Assembly (NCBI GenBank): GCA_977017645.1
Contig: OZ360227.1
Coordinates: 102,734,001 to 102,798,000 of the forward strand
Length of the DNA: 64,000 bases
Reading direction: 5' to 3'
From: Torpedo marmorata
Lineage: Eukaryota
This document shows, piece after piece, positions 50,778 to 63,622 of the stretch. A program made the translations under genes and the position numbers. Every line of letters begins with the position of its first letter. Positions within the stretch are counted from its first letter, which is position 1. The notes beneath the pieces are model-generated. The model was given only the letters and a program-made list of their open reading frames with translations. It was not told where the DNA came from and did not search any database.

Positions 50778-53762
50778 CTAACAGAAATGAAGAATGTTTA
50801 ATATTATCCAGAAAAAATTGTTAGGCTGTTACACAAGTGAACATCTGATATAATTTGCATAATTACATATTTTAAGATGACTTTAATTGACATTGTCACT
50901 TTTAAGTTAATGTCTAAAGCTTACATTTAATAAACATCTTTTACATTAAACTAGAGATTTAAAAATTTGGTTACCTCTCCTGCACAGTACAAATACTTGG
51001 GTCTCATTAACAAAGTGTGATTAATCCTTTATTCTTGGCTACATTATAGGTATTAGCATTTAAAACATTTCTTTAAATATCACCAAATAACATCACCAAA
51101 CAAAGACATCATAAAATTCCTATTAATAATTCTACCATAATGAAACATGGACTCATAAGCAGCCAACTCAACAAGTACTTCCAATCTATAAAACATGATA
51201 AATAAACTCCACAAAATCAATCCAACTGAAACCTTTCTTTTGGTATAATAAAGTTAAATAGCATTAGTTTTAATACTATTTTATAAGAACACCTTAAAAC
51301 AACAATACTTCCCATACAATTACACTATCAAGGATGCAAAACTGATATTTGTGATCCTTTATTTTCCATCAATCTTCCTATCACACAATGAAGTAATCAT
51401 TTCCAACCTCACAGACAACAGCAAAACCAAGTTTACAAGAAAAAATATTAGACTTTATGAAAAAATGGCAACTATAATAACATTTGAACTCTGTACAATG
51501 GTTTTCAAGTTACAGTTCTGCCTTTTGATTTTCATTCATTTTTATTCTTTTTCACCCATTTCCTCCCCAGATATGTTTTGTGTTTCATATATTTAACGAG
51601 CAGTAACGCTGTCAACTCTGCAATACAGATTTCTAATAGATCTAGCTCCAGTTGTGGGTGGGCTACGCTCTGCTTCCAATTGCCATGAAATACTTGGAAT
51701 TCTAAGCACCTTTTAACAATTATATTGTCCAGGAACCAGACGAAAGGATCAAGTTACTTCGCTGTCAAAAGGCATACCAATTAACAAATTAATGAAAAAT
51801 TGTACTGGTTATGCTTTCTCTCCCCAACTAAGCATACATTAATCAATAGACAAAAAAGCAAAAATTGTTAGCAGAAACAACAAATTGATAAGATTATTTT
51901 TGTCAAAAATACAAAGAAATTAATCCAATTTTTTGTTTAAAAAGATGATGAATTCCAAGAAAGGATTTTCGAGTTTCAACTTCACAAATTATATTTTTTG
52001 TTCAGCTAAAAGATTACAAAAAGTAAACGATTTCTTTGCCACAATGACACTTCAAAATGTACAGATGAGGCAACTAGCTGGAAACAATTGGAGATGGACA
52101 TTGCAAATTCTGTTGCAATCAAGTTTTGAGCTGAATTATACAATTTATTACTGATACTGTTTTATCTCGACAGAATTATGTTCACATCCAACGATAGTGA
52201 AGCTACAGTCATTACATCAGAAAACTCCAGGGCTGCTACACATTCTGACAGGAATTATCTCTTTTCCAAATGGGTACACTATCACATCTTTATCAACCTC
52301 AAAAGTTTAATGCACAGTAACACACATATTCTAAAATATTAATATGGTAATTTTGGTTATTACCAGAGTAAGTGAGAAGAAAATTTAGGAATAAAATGAA
52401 AAAAAGGAAGTTAAAAAACATATTAGTTTTAATTATAGAATTTTAATTATACATAAAAAGCATTTGCAATCTTTTGTCAGTTTGGCCTTACTTTTTTTTG
52501 ATTGTCAAAGTAATTAAAGACATTTATGTCTTGTATTGTTTTAAGAAATTCTAACTCATGAAGAAATTTGTTTTGTATATTGAGTTCCAAGTTGCTGCTA
52601 CATTGATATTTTAGAAACCAATACTGTACAAACAAATCCAATTTGCTAGCAAATTGCGTGCATGAATGGCATTTCTGTTGGCGCTAGGACCTTTTCTAAA
52701 TGCCAGAAATAGTTTCAATTTGATACAAATAAAACCAAAATTCAAACTAATATTTACAACATAATCTGAAAAGTAATACAAGCTATGGCATTTAGTAATA
52801 ACTGCCACTACATGAAGGTCAGCCACCGCTGTCCATTAAACAAAGAAAAACACTGAAGCTGCGACTCAAGGAGCAGGTTATAAACGAAAATATCTAAAGA
52901 TAAAACTATTTTTCCAGGGGATCTCCTTAAATGTTTAAACTTAAAATTGGTAACAAATATTCCAAAATTTGATTTGACATTCAGTTATGACAAAAAATAA
53001 GTTTTTGAAATATAGTAACACAATTCATTTCTACAAATTTACAACCTTAACAACTTAATTTCAGCTTCTCTGGTTTATCAAAATAAAAACTTTATATTTA
53101 ACTAAAACCTCTGTGCAATTAATTAAACTTAGATTAATTCCAGGACATATTAGGAGCTCATCAAATAGAGTTCGTCTTGCATTTTCCCCTCCTGGGGATC
53201 TGGTTTAGGCGTCCATCTAAACCATTACCCTTTATTTGTTGTTCCTTCCATCGTACCAGGCATTCCAAAGACTATTAATCTGCCAAGTCTGCCTGCTCTT
53301 TCAATAATGTTTGAGCAATTCAGCTGGACGGCTCTCGTGCATCAGACATTGAGCCAGAGAGATTTCAAAGTAACATTGAATAGCTTTGTTATACTGGTAA
53401 TTAAGACAGGACTGACATTCAAACATGACCTGGACAGGATGTGGCAAATTACTGTATTCTTTGTGTGAAAAGCTGTTCCCACTATGGTTAGCCTGGCCTC
53501 CGGGGAACTCATCATCTTCACTAACAGTCAGAATGGGATTTTGTACCCTCTATTCCCTCTCCAAAACCTCATTCTAATGCATATTTACAACTCATTGCAA
53601 CTCAGTGAGCAAAAGCTTACTAATTTGTAAACTTCTGAAAAATAAAATCATTGGTCTTGTTATCTACTATTTGTTTTCTAGCAATGCAAACAGAAAGGCA
53701 CCACCTTTTGATCAAGTGCAATTTTATTGACATCTTGCTTGTTGGCTGGACACAATACATAC

Positions 53763-53932
53763 CTTGTACCTCTTTTTACAGCCAGGTACAGGGCAAGCAA
53801 ATGGCTTCTCATCATCCCCATTCAAGCACATTGAGCTTAGAATAGTCTCGGAGCTAATAGCATTTTCTGTTGTCCATGATTCATCACTGTCGGAATCTTC
53901 ACATTCAATTTCTTCTTCATCTAATTCACTGC
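53763..53932 (-). CDS. JAZF1: JAZF1-family zinc-finger protein, penultimate coding exon (170 nt, phase 1 to 0)
   Basis: cag|GC AGT GAA...TAC AAG|gtatgt encodes (G)SELDEEEIECEDSDSDESWTTENAISSETILSSMCLNGDDEKPFACPVPGCKKRYK. It splices in frame to the 50777 exon. Confidence 0.95.
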
Positions 53933-56014
53933 CTGAAGTTTCAGAGAAAATAAACATATAGAAACGGTTATATTTTTCTAAACTGATCCATATTTAGATG
54001 AATTGCTAAAAACAAGAATTTTGTTCACTTCACCTCCCTTTGAAACCATTATAAATAAATGACATTCACATCAACTCTCCAAATACCTATTGCAAACGCA
54101 CTTGTTTTGAACTGCCAAAGGCATCCTGGGTAATTACAGTTCTGACACAGAGGGTGCCACAGTCAATACAGAGATAATTTAGGCAATGGTGAATGACAGT
54201 GCCATCCACTTTTGGGATGATCAAGGACACATCCAGCTGTACCAGACATCTGTCAGGGCCACGAATCATTTCAACTAGAAGCACACTAACCAAGCAACTG
54301 AAGCAGGAATAAACGTTCAACAAGCAACAGTGTGCGTGAGTCTGTGTGTGCCTGCGTATATAAGAGAAATTCACAGTCTTGTACATCCAAAAGAGGTAAG
54401 AAAAATAGTAAAAGAACACACGCCAATCAACAGAAAATGGAGCAATTTTCATTTTAGACTACAAAATAGGAATGTGTGGGAGCATTTCACTTAGAAAAAT
54501 ACAATCTCCTTAAATTCTATAAAATGACAGAAAATTATGAGGCAGTCTATTTTTGGATTAAATTATCTGATTATTCAGAAGCAAAATGTAACAAAAACAG
54601 CCAACATAATTGCTTATGTAATAGAATAAAAATACAGAAACAATGGGAAAACCTTGTTTAACATTATAGTGCAGCCTGTAACCATTATTGTTCCAAATAG
54701 CCCATTTCTAACATAAATTTATGTAGATAGTTATTAAGGCCATACTGGCAGCCTGGCAGAGATTGCTTTTGAACACCAACCAAATACGAAACCAAATCAG
54801 TCACATAACTGTCCAAAGAGTCTGCTCATATTTTGTTTAATTAAAAGATATGTAGGAGCAGTTTCAGCTTTGCTATTCTGATGACAGAACATTGATACTC
54901 ATTATTTTCAGACTGTAAACATTGAAAGAGTGTCAAGAATGCTTCCATCAGAAGGATCGTAAATTTTTCAACAACATCAGCAAATTTCACATTTACATTT
55001 TCTGTAAGTGACGTGTTTTTCATCGGATAGAGATAATTTTCAAACAACAAGATCATGAGTCTGTTGCTTTGTTGTACCTCTTAGCAGCCAATCTAATGAC
55101 AGTAATTAACAGTCTGCAATTAGCATCCACTTCAGAAGACATTCAAATGTTAATTTGCTTTCTCTAATGTGCAGTACAGCTGTGCAACAAGATACATGCC
55201 ATGAATTGTACATGAAACAGGGAGCCCAAATTACTGTATTTCAGCTTGCATTTGCTTGGCAAAATGTAATGCTTGAGAATGTAAACAAGGCTTCCTTTAA
55301 CCAATAGAGATTTAACATAACCAGATATAATCATAATTATGGTCATGTTATTAGGTTATGCTGATGCTATATTTTCAATGAGAATGTTTTACACACTAGA
55401 ATTCTTTAAAAATAACTGGCTAGTTAACAAACTATATTCAATTAAGGATCACATAAATTTGCATCAGAAACTTCTCTGTTCAGAAAATGCTAAACCTTTA
55501 TCAGCTTGTGCGCAGCTTTGCAGGCAACCAACTAAAGTTGCAGCTTTCGGTATGGTCATCTGATTACAGCCTTATCAATCTACTATGGAGCAGTTCCCAG
55601 CTCCCACCTATACTACAGAGTGCATCTCCCTCTATTAAGGGCTCTTTGTGCCAAATCAAAATGATCTATTTTAAAATGATCACATTATATAAAACCAGTT
55701 TATCAAGATGTTTGTTTCATGCTTTAGCTGTTATGATCAATCAAGGAGGGCACACTGCGATCCACCAAGTATGCAGAGAATCTGAATGCATTTCATTTTA
55801 CTTGGATGGTTAATATCTTGGGTTTATGTTACGTTCTTCAAATAGCCAGCTGCACATTCACAGAAGCATTTTCTATGGAGAAGGAAGAAATCTTAAATTT
55901 GCATTGATTCTTCCCAAAGCTCATGACTTGTAGATTTTAAAAACAAGAATATTGCAGATCTAATAACATTTTTAAAAATCTATCAAAAGATACAATACAA
56001 GATATTGTTTTATG

Positions 56015-57069
56015 CCACAATCTCCATCAGTACCGGAGCATCACAGGGCTGTGTTCTTAGCCCCCTGCTCTACTCACTTTACACCTACGACTGTGTAGCT
56101 CGGTATGACTATAACACCATCTTCAAATTTGCCGAAAATACCACGGTAGTAGGTTGTATAAAGGAAGGAGATGAGTCAGCATACAGGATGGAGATTGAAA
56201 ACCTGGCTGAATGGTGCACCAAAAACAACCTTGCACTCAATGTCACCAAAACTAAGGAGCTGATTGTTGACCTCAGGAAAGGAAAGCCAGAGGTATACAA
56301 TCCAGCGACCATTGGGGGATCAGAGATGGAGAGGGTGAGCAAATTTAGGTTCTTGGGAGTCACTATCTCGGAGGATTTTTCCTGGACCCAACAGACCAAT
56401 GGCATTGTCAAGAAAGCACGTCAGCGCCTCTACTTCCTCAGGAGTTTGCAGAGGTTTGGTATGACACCAGAAACCCTGACAAATTTCTACAGATGTGTGG
56501 TGGAAAGTGTGCTGACTGGCTGCATCACGGTCTGGTATGGGAACACCAATACCCCTGAGCGTAAAGCCCTCCAAAAGGTAGTGGACATAGCTCAGGACAT
56601 TACTGGCAAAACCCTCCCCACTACTGAGTACATCTACAGGGAACGCTGGCGTCGGAGGGCAGCAGCAATCATCAAAGACCCACATCACCCAGTGCACGTT
56701 CTGTTCTCACTGCTGCCATCAGGAAAGAGGTATAGGTGCCACAAGACTCGCACACCAGGTTTAGGAACAGCTGCTACCCCGCTACCAGCAGAATCCTCAA
56801 TGACAAAGTCAAATCAGAGACTCATTTAAGGACTCTTACTCGTGCACTTTATTGATTTTTCTTGCTCTCTCTGTATTGCAGTCAGTTTCATTTTCAGTTT
56901 CATTCGTTACCTGTTAGCAGTTCTTTTGATTGTTTACATGTTTACGCTGTGTACAGTTTACTTTTTGCACTACCAATTAATGGTAATTCTGCCACGCCCA
57001 CAGGAAAAAGAATCTCAGGGCTGTATGTGACGTCATGTATGTACTCTGACAATAAATCTGAAATCTGAA
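56015..57069 (+). mobile_element. Rex1/Babar LINE 3' portion in the JAZF1 intron (antisense to the gene)
   Basis: Highly similar to 38388-39430. The 274-aa ORF is RT C-terminus with FADD mutated to FAEN, and there is an (AAATCTG)n tail. Confidence 0.93.
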
Positions 57070-57317
57070 AAATCACAATGCTATCACAACACCAAGAATC
57101 CAACAGGAATTTCTGTCATACACAGAAAAAGAATGAGTTGCCAACTTCATTTCTTATGCTTAGTAAAAGGAAACCTAAAAATGTGGTAACATTTCCATCT
57201 TCATAATTAGCTTTAGAACTGTGTCAATTTTGAGGACCAGTCTAATATGTACAAACACTTTCTTTTGGCATCACTCCCATCTTTTAAATATTGTACAACT
57301 AACATACTCATTCAATA

Positions 57318-58092
57318 CAGGTAGTCCTCGACTTAAGACCGTATTTGGGACCGAAGGAGTGGTCGTAACTTGGATTGGTTGTAAGTCGGATTCATCCTGC
57401 CGCGCATATCTGCTACCACCCCCACTACCACCACCATCAACATTATTTTCAGTTTAAAGTCTTGTTTCCAGCTCTAGTTGTTCTATTTACTTCGATTCTG
57501 GTCCTAGCTAATTCAAGGGAAACCCATCCTTATGGAACAGCTCTTCCTTTCTCCATTTCAACCATCAGTGATCCATAAACGGATACCTTTCACCCCCGCC
57601 CCCTATTTTTGACCCCAACCGCCCACCCATCCGAGCTCCCGATGCCCCGACCGCCTGCCCATCTGAGCTCCCGACGCACCAGCCACCCGCTCATCGGAGC
57701 TCCAGACGCCCCGACCGCCCACCCATGTGAGCTCCCGACGCCTGGGTCGCCCGTCCATCCGAGCTCCCGACGCCCCGAACTGTCTTCATTACCCATAATC
57801 CCCCACCCAGCTGGAACCGCTCTGCGTTTCCCTGGCACTGGCAGAGCGGTTCCAGCTGCATGGGGGATTATGGGTAACGAAGACGGCCATTGATCCTGCA
57901 TTGTAACAATGCTTTATTGAAACCCCGATTCAGCGCGAACCCGCTTTTCTCGCGATACGATTTTTATGAACTTCAAGTAAATACTGTAATAAAGAATCTC
58001 TACATATATACAGTAATTTTAATACAAAAACAATTTTGGTTGTATGTGCGGGTGGACGTAACTCACGTAGGTCGTAAGTTGAGGACTACCTG
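57318..58092. mobile_element. Non-autonomous Tc1/mariner (Tigger/pogo-like) DNA transposon
   Basis: TIRs CAGGTAGTCCTCGACTTAAGACC / GGTCGTAAGTTGAGGACTACCTG, with TA on both flanks (57316-57317, 58093-58094). Confidence 0.92.
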
Positions 58093-58299
58093 TAATCATT
58101 TAGTGTTTGTCATTTTTTTCGTACTTCCCATTTGATACCTCAATTATTCACCCAATTCTTCCACACTATAGTAATTACCACTCATTTGAAATTCTTAATC
58201 TTACACCTATGATCTTTCTGCTTCCTATCCCCAAATCTACTGCAATTATAAAATACTTGTTCAAACTTCAGCCTATTATTCAATTAATTGCCAAATACT

Positions 58300-58590
58300 A
58301 CCTGAAATCTGAAATGATCCAAAATCCAAAACTTTTTTCGTCCGTGGTCCCATAAGGTAATACGTAATAGAGTTCAGAAATCCCAATCGGAGAACGGGAT
58401 GTAGCGGACGCAAGTAGTGCATTATAGAGAGTAGATGCATACGTAAATATTTGTATTGTAATGTGAATGCATGTATCTTTAAGTCTGAGTGAATGAGTGC
58501 ATTTTTTAAATGGAGTTCCAAAATCTGAAAAAATCCAAATTCCGAAACACTTCTGGTCCCAGGCATTTCGGATAAGGGGTATTCAACCTG
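58300..58590. mobile_element. Tigger-type MITE remnant (MER46-like terminus)
   Basis: The right end, reverse-complemented, reads TA|CAGGTTGAATACCCCTTATCCGAAATGCCTGGGACCAGAAGTGTTTCGG. The left TIR is missing. Confidence 0.7.
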
Positions 58591-58699
58591 TACTTACATT
58601 CCCATTCTGAGTTTTCTCCCCAAATCCTTCCAACTGCTTCTCCTGCTTTAAGATCCTCCATAAAATCCATCTTTCACCTCAGCCTTAGTCTCATCTGTG

Positions 58700-58915
58700 G
58701 GAAGTGCATCAGTTAACATTTCAGGTTAAAGACACTTCATCAGAACTGGGAAGGAGAGATTAACAAGCTTATTTCCTCTCCTTCCAGGTTCTGACAAAGG
58801 ATCTTCTACATGAAATGTTAACTCTGTTGCTCTTCCTAGAGATGTGATCAATGCATTTCCAGCATTTTTGGTTTTTTTTTATTTTAGATTTCCAGCATTT
58901 GCAGATTTTAAAAAT
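58700..58915. mobile_element. Inverted pair of old Penelope-type tails, each with a hammerhead-like motif
   Basis: Minus 58710-58748 reads CAGTT CTGATGA A..GAAATGTT AACTG. Plus 58785-58825 reads GGTT CTGACAA AGG..GAAATGTT AAC. Confidence 0.6.
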
Positions 58916-58984
58916 TATTTTCAAGGTTTTGGTCTCTCTGTCCTAATTTCAATTTTTGCCTTAAGAAATGCAGAAATAGATAAT

Positions 58985-61112
58985 TTCATATACAAAAGGT
59001 ATTAAGAAGAAATACATGGCAGACATAGAAGAACTGGAAACAGAAATTCTGCAATTGGAAAAGGAGTTTCAACAGTCCAGCTCCAAAGAAACATATAAAG
59101 TGCTTGTAAACAAAAGACTTAAGTACAACACACTGCACACTTATAAAATTGAAAAAAACCATCCTAAGAACTAAACAAAGATATTATGAACTGGGAGAAA
59201 AAGCACATAAAGTCTTGTCCTTGCAATTGAGAGCAGAGGAGAGTTCGAGAACAATAAATTCAATACAGACTGAAATGGGCTCAGTTTCACATAACCCAAC
59301 AAAAATCAATGATACATTTAAACAGTTTTATACAAACCTATATAAATCAGAGTCCCCAGAAGACCTGACTAAGATTAATGAATTTTTATCCACTGTTGAA
59401 CTACCCAAACTTGACCAAGAAGATCAAGTAAATTTGGACCTTCCCTTTACTTCCAAAGAAATTGAAAAAGCATTGGGCTCACTACAGTCCAATAAATCAT
59501 CAGGGGAGGACGGCTTCCCGCCAGAATTTTACAGAGAATTTTAGGATTTACCTATACCCCTCATCATGGATGTAATTAACTTAGCATCTAAAACCCAAAC
59601 ACTCCCTGAATCATTTTCTACTACCATAATTACTGTGATTCTTAAAAGAAATAGGGATCCATTGAAATGCTCCTCATTTCGACCCATTTCATTACTAAAC
59701 TCAGATTACAAATTAATTTCTAAGGCCATGGCTAACAGGCTTGGCCAATACTTTCCGAAATTAATAAATCCAGACCAGAGCGGCTTTATTTTGAAATGTC
59801 GGTCAGCCAACAACCTATGTAGGCTCTTCAATATTATCCACTATGCAAAGTCTAAGGCTGAACCGAGTGTCGCTGTGGCCCTGGATGCTGAGAAAGCCTT
59901 TGACAGGCTGGAATGGCCGTATTTATTTAGAGACTTGGCCAAGCACGGATTTGGGCAACTGTTCATTAATTGGGTTAAAACTCTTTATTACAGACCCAAA
60001 GCTAGGGTCGCCACTAATGGACAGATCTCGGCAGCGTTCCCTTTGAGCAGATCGAGCCGACAGGGTGCCCCTTGTCTCCGGGACTTTTTGTCTTGGATGT
60101 TGAGCCCTTGGCAGAGGCAATTAGACAAGACCCGGAGATAAAGGGTTTTATGGTGGGTCAGACAAGCCACAAAATTAATCTTATGGCGGACAATGTAATC
60201 CTACATTTAACAGATCCGATCAATTCCCTTACTAAATTACAGATTCTACTAAAATCTTACGGCGAAGTTTCAGGATACAAGGTAAACTGGGGAAAAAGTG
60301 AAATCATTTCCATTAACAAATTTTGATCACACTGAGTATCAGCAAAAAAGTCCATTCAAATGGCACTCGGGTGGCATCAGATACCTTGGAATAATGGTGG
60401 ATAATGATCTCCAGAATTTATACAAACTCAATTACCTCCTGCTACTTGGTAAAATTGAAGAAGACTTGAGTAGGTAGATGATCTTACCCATCACTCTAAT
60501 TGGCAGGGTCAACTGTGTAAAGATGAATATATTGCCAAGATTGCAGTACCTTTTCCAGTCCTTGCCCATTCCACTACCTCAAACCTTTTTTAAAACCCTT
60601 AATAAGCATGTTGGGCAATTTATTTGGAACTGTAAGGTACCTAGAATATCCATGGAAAAGTTAACATGTTAGGAGTCATCCGGTTGCCTCGTTTCAAAAA
60701 GTATTATTTGGCGGCTCAAATGAGATTCATTTCTTCATTTTTTGAGAGGGTCGATACCCCCTCCTGGGTACAAATTGGATTGCACTCTCTAAAAGAGAAG
60801 GTGTATAATGATTTCATGTATAAATGGAATTCCAGAATTATAGCCAGCAGAACAGACAACCCCATTTTAAAACACTTGGTTAAAATATGGTGTGAGACCC
60901 GTGGAGGCTCTGGACTGAAAAGAGGATTTGTCATCGAAGACACCTTTAAGGCAAAATGAACTTATACCCATGACTTTGAACAATAAAATTTTGGAAACCT
61001 GGTATCATAAGGGGATACAACGTCTGGAGGATTGTTATGAAAAAGGACTTTTCATGTCATTTGAACAGTTGAAGAAGAAATATGATTTATCCAATAAGAC
61101 CTTTTTTTTTGT
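58985..61112 (+). mobile_element. L1-clade LINE A, ORF2 pseudogene (left part)
   Basis: KSSGEDGFPPEFY, FRPISLLNSDYK, ALDAEKAFDRLEW, RQG.P, GYKVNWGKSE and GRVNCVKMNILP, with stops and frameshifts. Confidence 0.93.
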
Positions 61113-63622
61113 AAAAACTGAATCATATAGACCTATTTCATTATTAAATGTAGATTATAAAATAATGGCAAAAATTTTAGCAAACAGAATGGCTAAATAT
61201 TTGCCAGATTTGATACATATAGACCAAGCTGGTTTTATTAAAAATAGATATTCAAAAGATAATATAGCTAGATTAATTAGTTTAATTAGTTTGCACAAAA
61301 AGAAACAACAAGATTTACCATTAGTTGTAACATTAGACGCTGAAAAGGCTTTTGATAGATTAGAATGGAATTTTTTATTTAAGGTATTAGAAAAATTTGG
61401 TTTTGGAAATACATTTATAAATTGGATTAAAACTATATATAAAGAACCATCAGCTAAAGTAATTACAAATGGGCAAATATCGCCAAAATTTTCTTTGACA
61501 CGTTCTACGAGACAGGGATGTCCCCTGTCACCAGCTTTATTTGTTTTGGCGATAGAACCCTTGGCTGAATTAGTTAGAAAAGATCCTAAGATAGTGGGTA
61601 TTAAAGTTGGTAGGAAGAACATAAGATTAGTTTGTTTGCAGATGATGTATTGATATATATGACAAAATCAATTACATCACTTCAACAACTATCTATTATA
61701 TTAAGAGAATATGGTGAAATATCTGGATATAAAATTAATTCTGATAAAAGTGAAATAATGGCTCTATCTCAAGGTGATTATACTAGATGTAAAGAAATTA
61801 CACAATTTAAATGGGCTAAAGAAGGAATTAAATATTTGGGGGTTAAGGTTGATACAAAATTGGAAAAATTTATATAAATTAAATAATCTACCATTATTTG
61901 TGAAAATAAAGAAAGATTTAGAGAATTGGAAAGATTTACCCATAACTTTAATGGGAAGGGTAAATTGTATTAAAATGAATATTTTTCCAAGAGTTCAGTA
62001 TCTTTTTCAATCAATTCCTTTTGGGATTCCTCAAAAATTTTTTAAAGATTTAAATTTTATTATTAGGAAATTTTTATGGAAAGGAAAGTTAGCAAGAGTA
62101 AGTATGGAAAAGTTAACCTGGAATTATGAGATGGGTGGATTGCAACTTCCTAATTTTCAAAATTATTATAAAGCAGCTCAATTAAAATTTGTCAATGAAT
62201 TTTTTGATTCAACTAAATCTTCTGCTTGGATTAAAATAGAATTAAATAATATAGGAGAAAATCTTAAAGAAGAAATTATTTATAAATGGGATTCTAAATT
62301 AATATCATTAAATAAGAAAAAATCACCGATTATTAAACATTTGTTAGAAATATGGGGTAAGACGGATAAAGAGATAGGTGGAAGAGGATTAATTTCTTCA
62401 AATATGCCATTATATCAAAATGGACTTATATCATTTACTGTTAATAATCAATTACTTAAAATTTGGTTTCAAAAAGGTATTAAGAAGATTAATGATTGTT
62501 TTGAAGCTGGAAGATTTATTACGTTTCAAAGAATGAAAGATAAATTTAATATACCAGATAATACATTTTTAGCTTATTATCAAGTTAAAGCTTTTTTGAC
62601 TGAGAAATTAGGTTATGCTTTGATTTTACCAAGACAAAATGAATTAGAATTATTAGTTACTAATGGAGATGTTAATAAATTTATTTCTCAAATGTATAAA
62701 TTGTTTCAGAGGAAATTGCCTAAAATAGGATTACATAAATCAAGATTAAAATGGGAATTAGATTTAAATGTAAATATAGATGAAAATCATTGGAAAGATT
62801 TATGTAAGTTAAGTATGACGAAGATTATCAATGTTAGATATAGATTAGTACAATATAATTTTTTTCATCAATTATATTTAACACCTAAAAAATTAAAGAA
62901 ATTTAATCCGACATTATCAGGTTTATGTTTTAGATGCAATAGTGAGGAGGGTTCTTTTGTTCATTCTACATGGTTTTGTCCAAAGATTCAAGATTTTTGG
63001 TTGAAAGTTAAAAATTTTTTAGATAAAGTATTTAATATTGTGTTTCCAATGGATCCTATGTTATTTTTATTTGGAGATATTAGAAAATTTAGTATTAAGA
63101 TGAAATTAAATATGTTTCAAGTAGAATTTTTGCAAATTGCTTTAGCTGTTTCAAAAAAATGCATTGCTATTACTTGAAAATCTGACTTAGATTTAGGATT
63201 AGAAAGATGGCATGCAGAGCTTCGTTTGTGTATACCACTGGAAAAAACTACTTATAATTTACGTAATAAATATCATTTTTTCTTGAAAATTTGGAGCCCA
63301 TATATGAGAGCTGTGGGTTTAAGGATTTGAAGATCTCTAGATATCAGATCTGCTGGCATACTTGACCTCCATAATAGAATTAGTTTAGAAGGTATTCCCC
63401 TCACTCTATTCTTTTTTTTTCTATTCTTTTCCTTCTTTTTCTATTTTACTTTAATTTTAATTTTTATTGTTTATTAGATTAGTGGGGATGGGGGGGTTGG
63501 GGAGGGGAGGGAGGGTGGGGGGGTGAAAATATATCACATGTATTTTGATAATTTTATATTTTATCTCATGTATTTTGTGATTTAAAAGTTTAAATAAAAT
63601 AAGAAAAAAAAAGAAAAAAAAA
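61113..63622 (+). mobile_element. L1-clade LINE B (younger, AT-rich), nested inside L1 A
   Basis: YRPISLLNVDYK...TRQGCPLSP...FADD...CFRC...HSTWFC, then a 3' UTR and poly(A). The TSD AAGACC(T)nGT is at 61096-61112 and 63623-63637. Confidence 0.95.

Noticed and set aside
53724-53957. 77-aa ORF as a standalone small protein
   Set aside because: It is the JAZF1 internal exon plus intronic read-through; splice sites bound it at 53932 and 53763.
60928-61653. 241-aa ORF as a real gene
   Set aside because: It is a chance fusion across the junction of two nested L1 elements.
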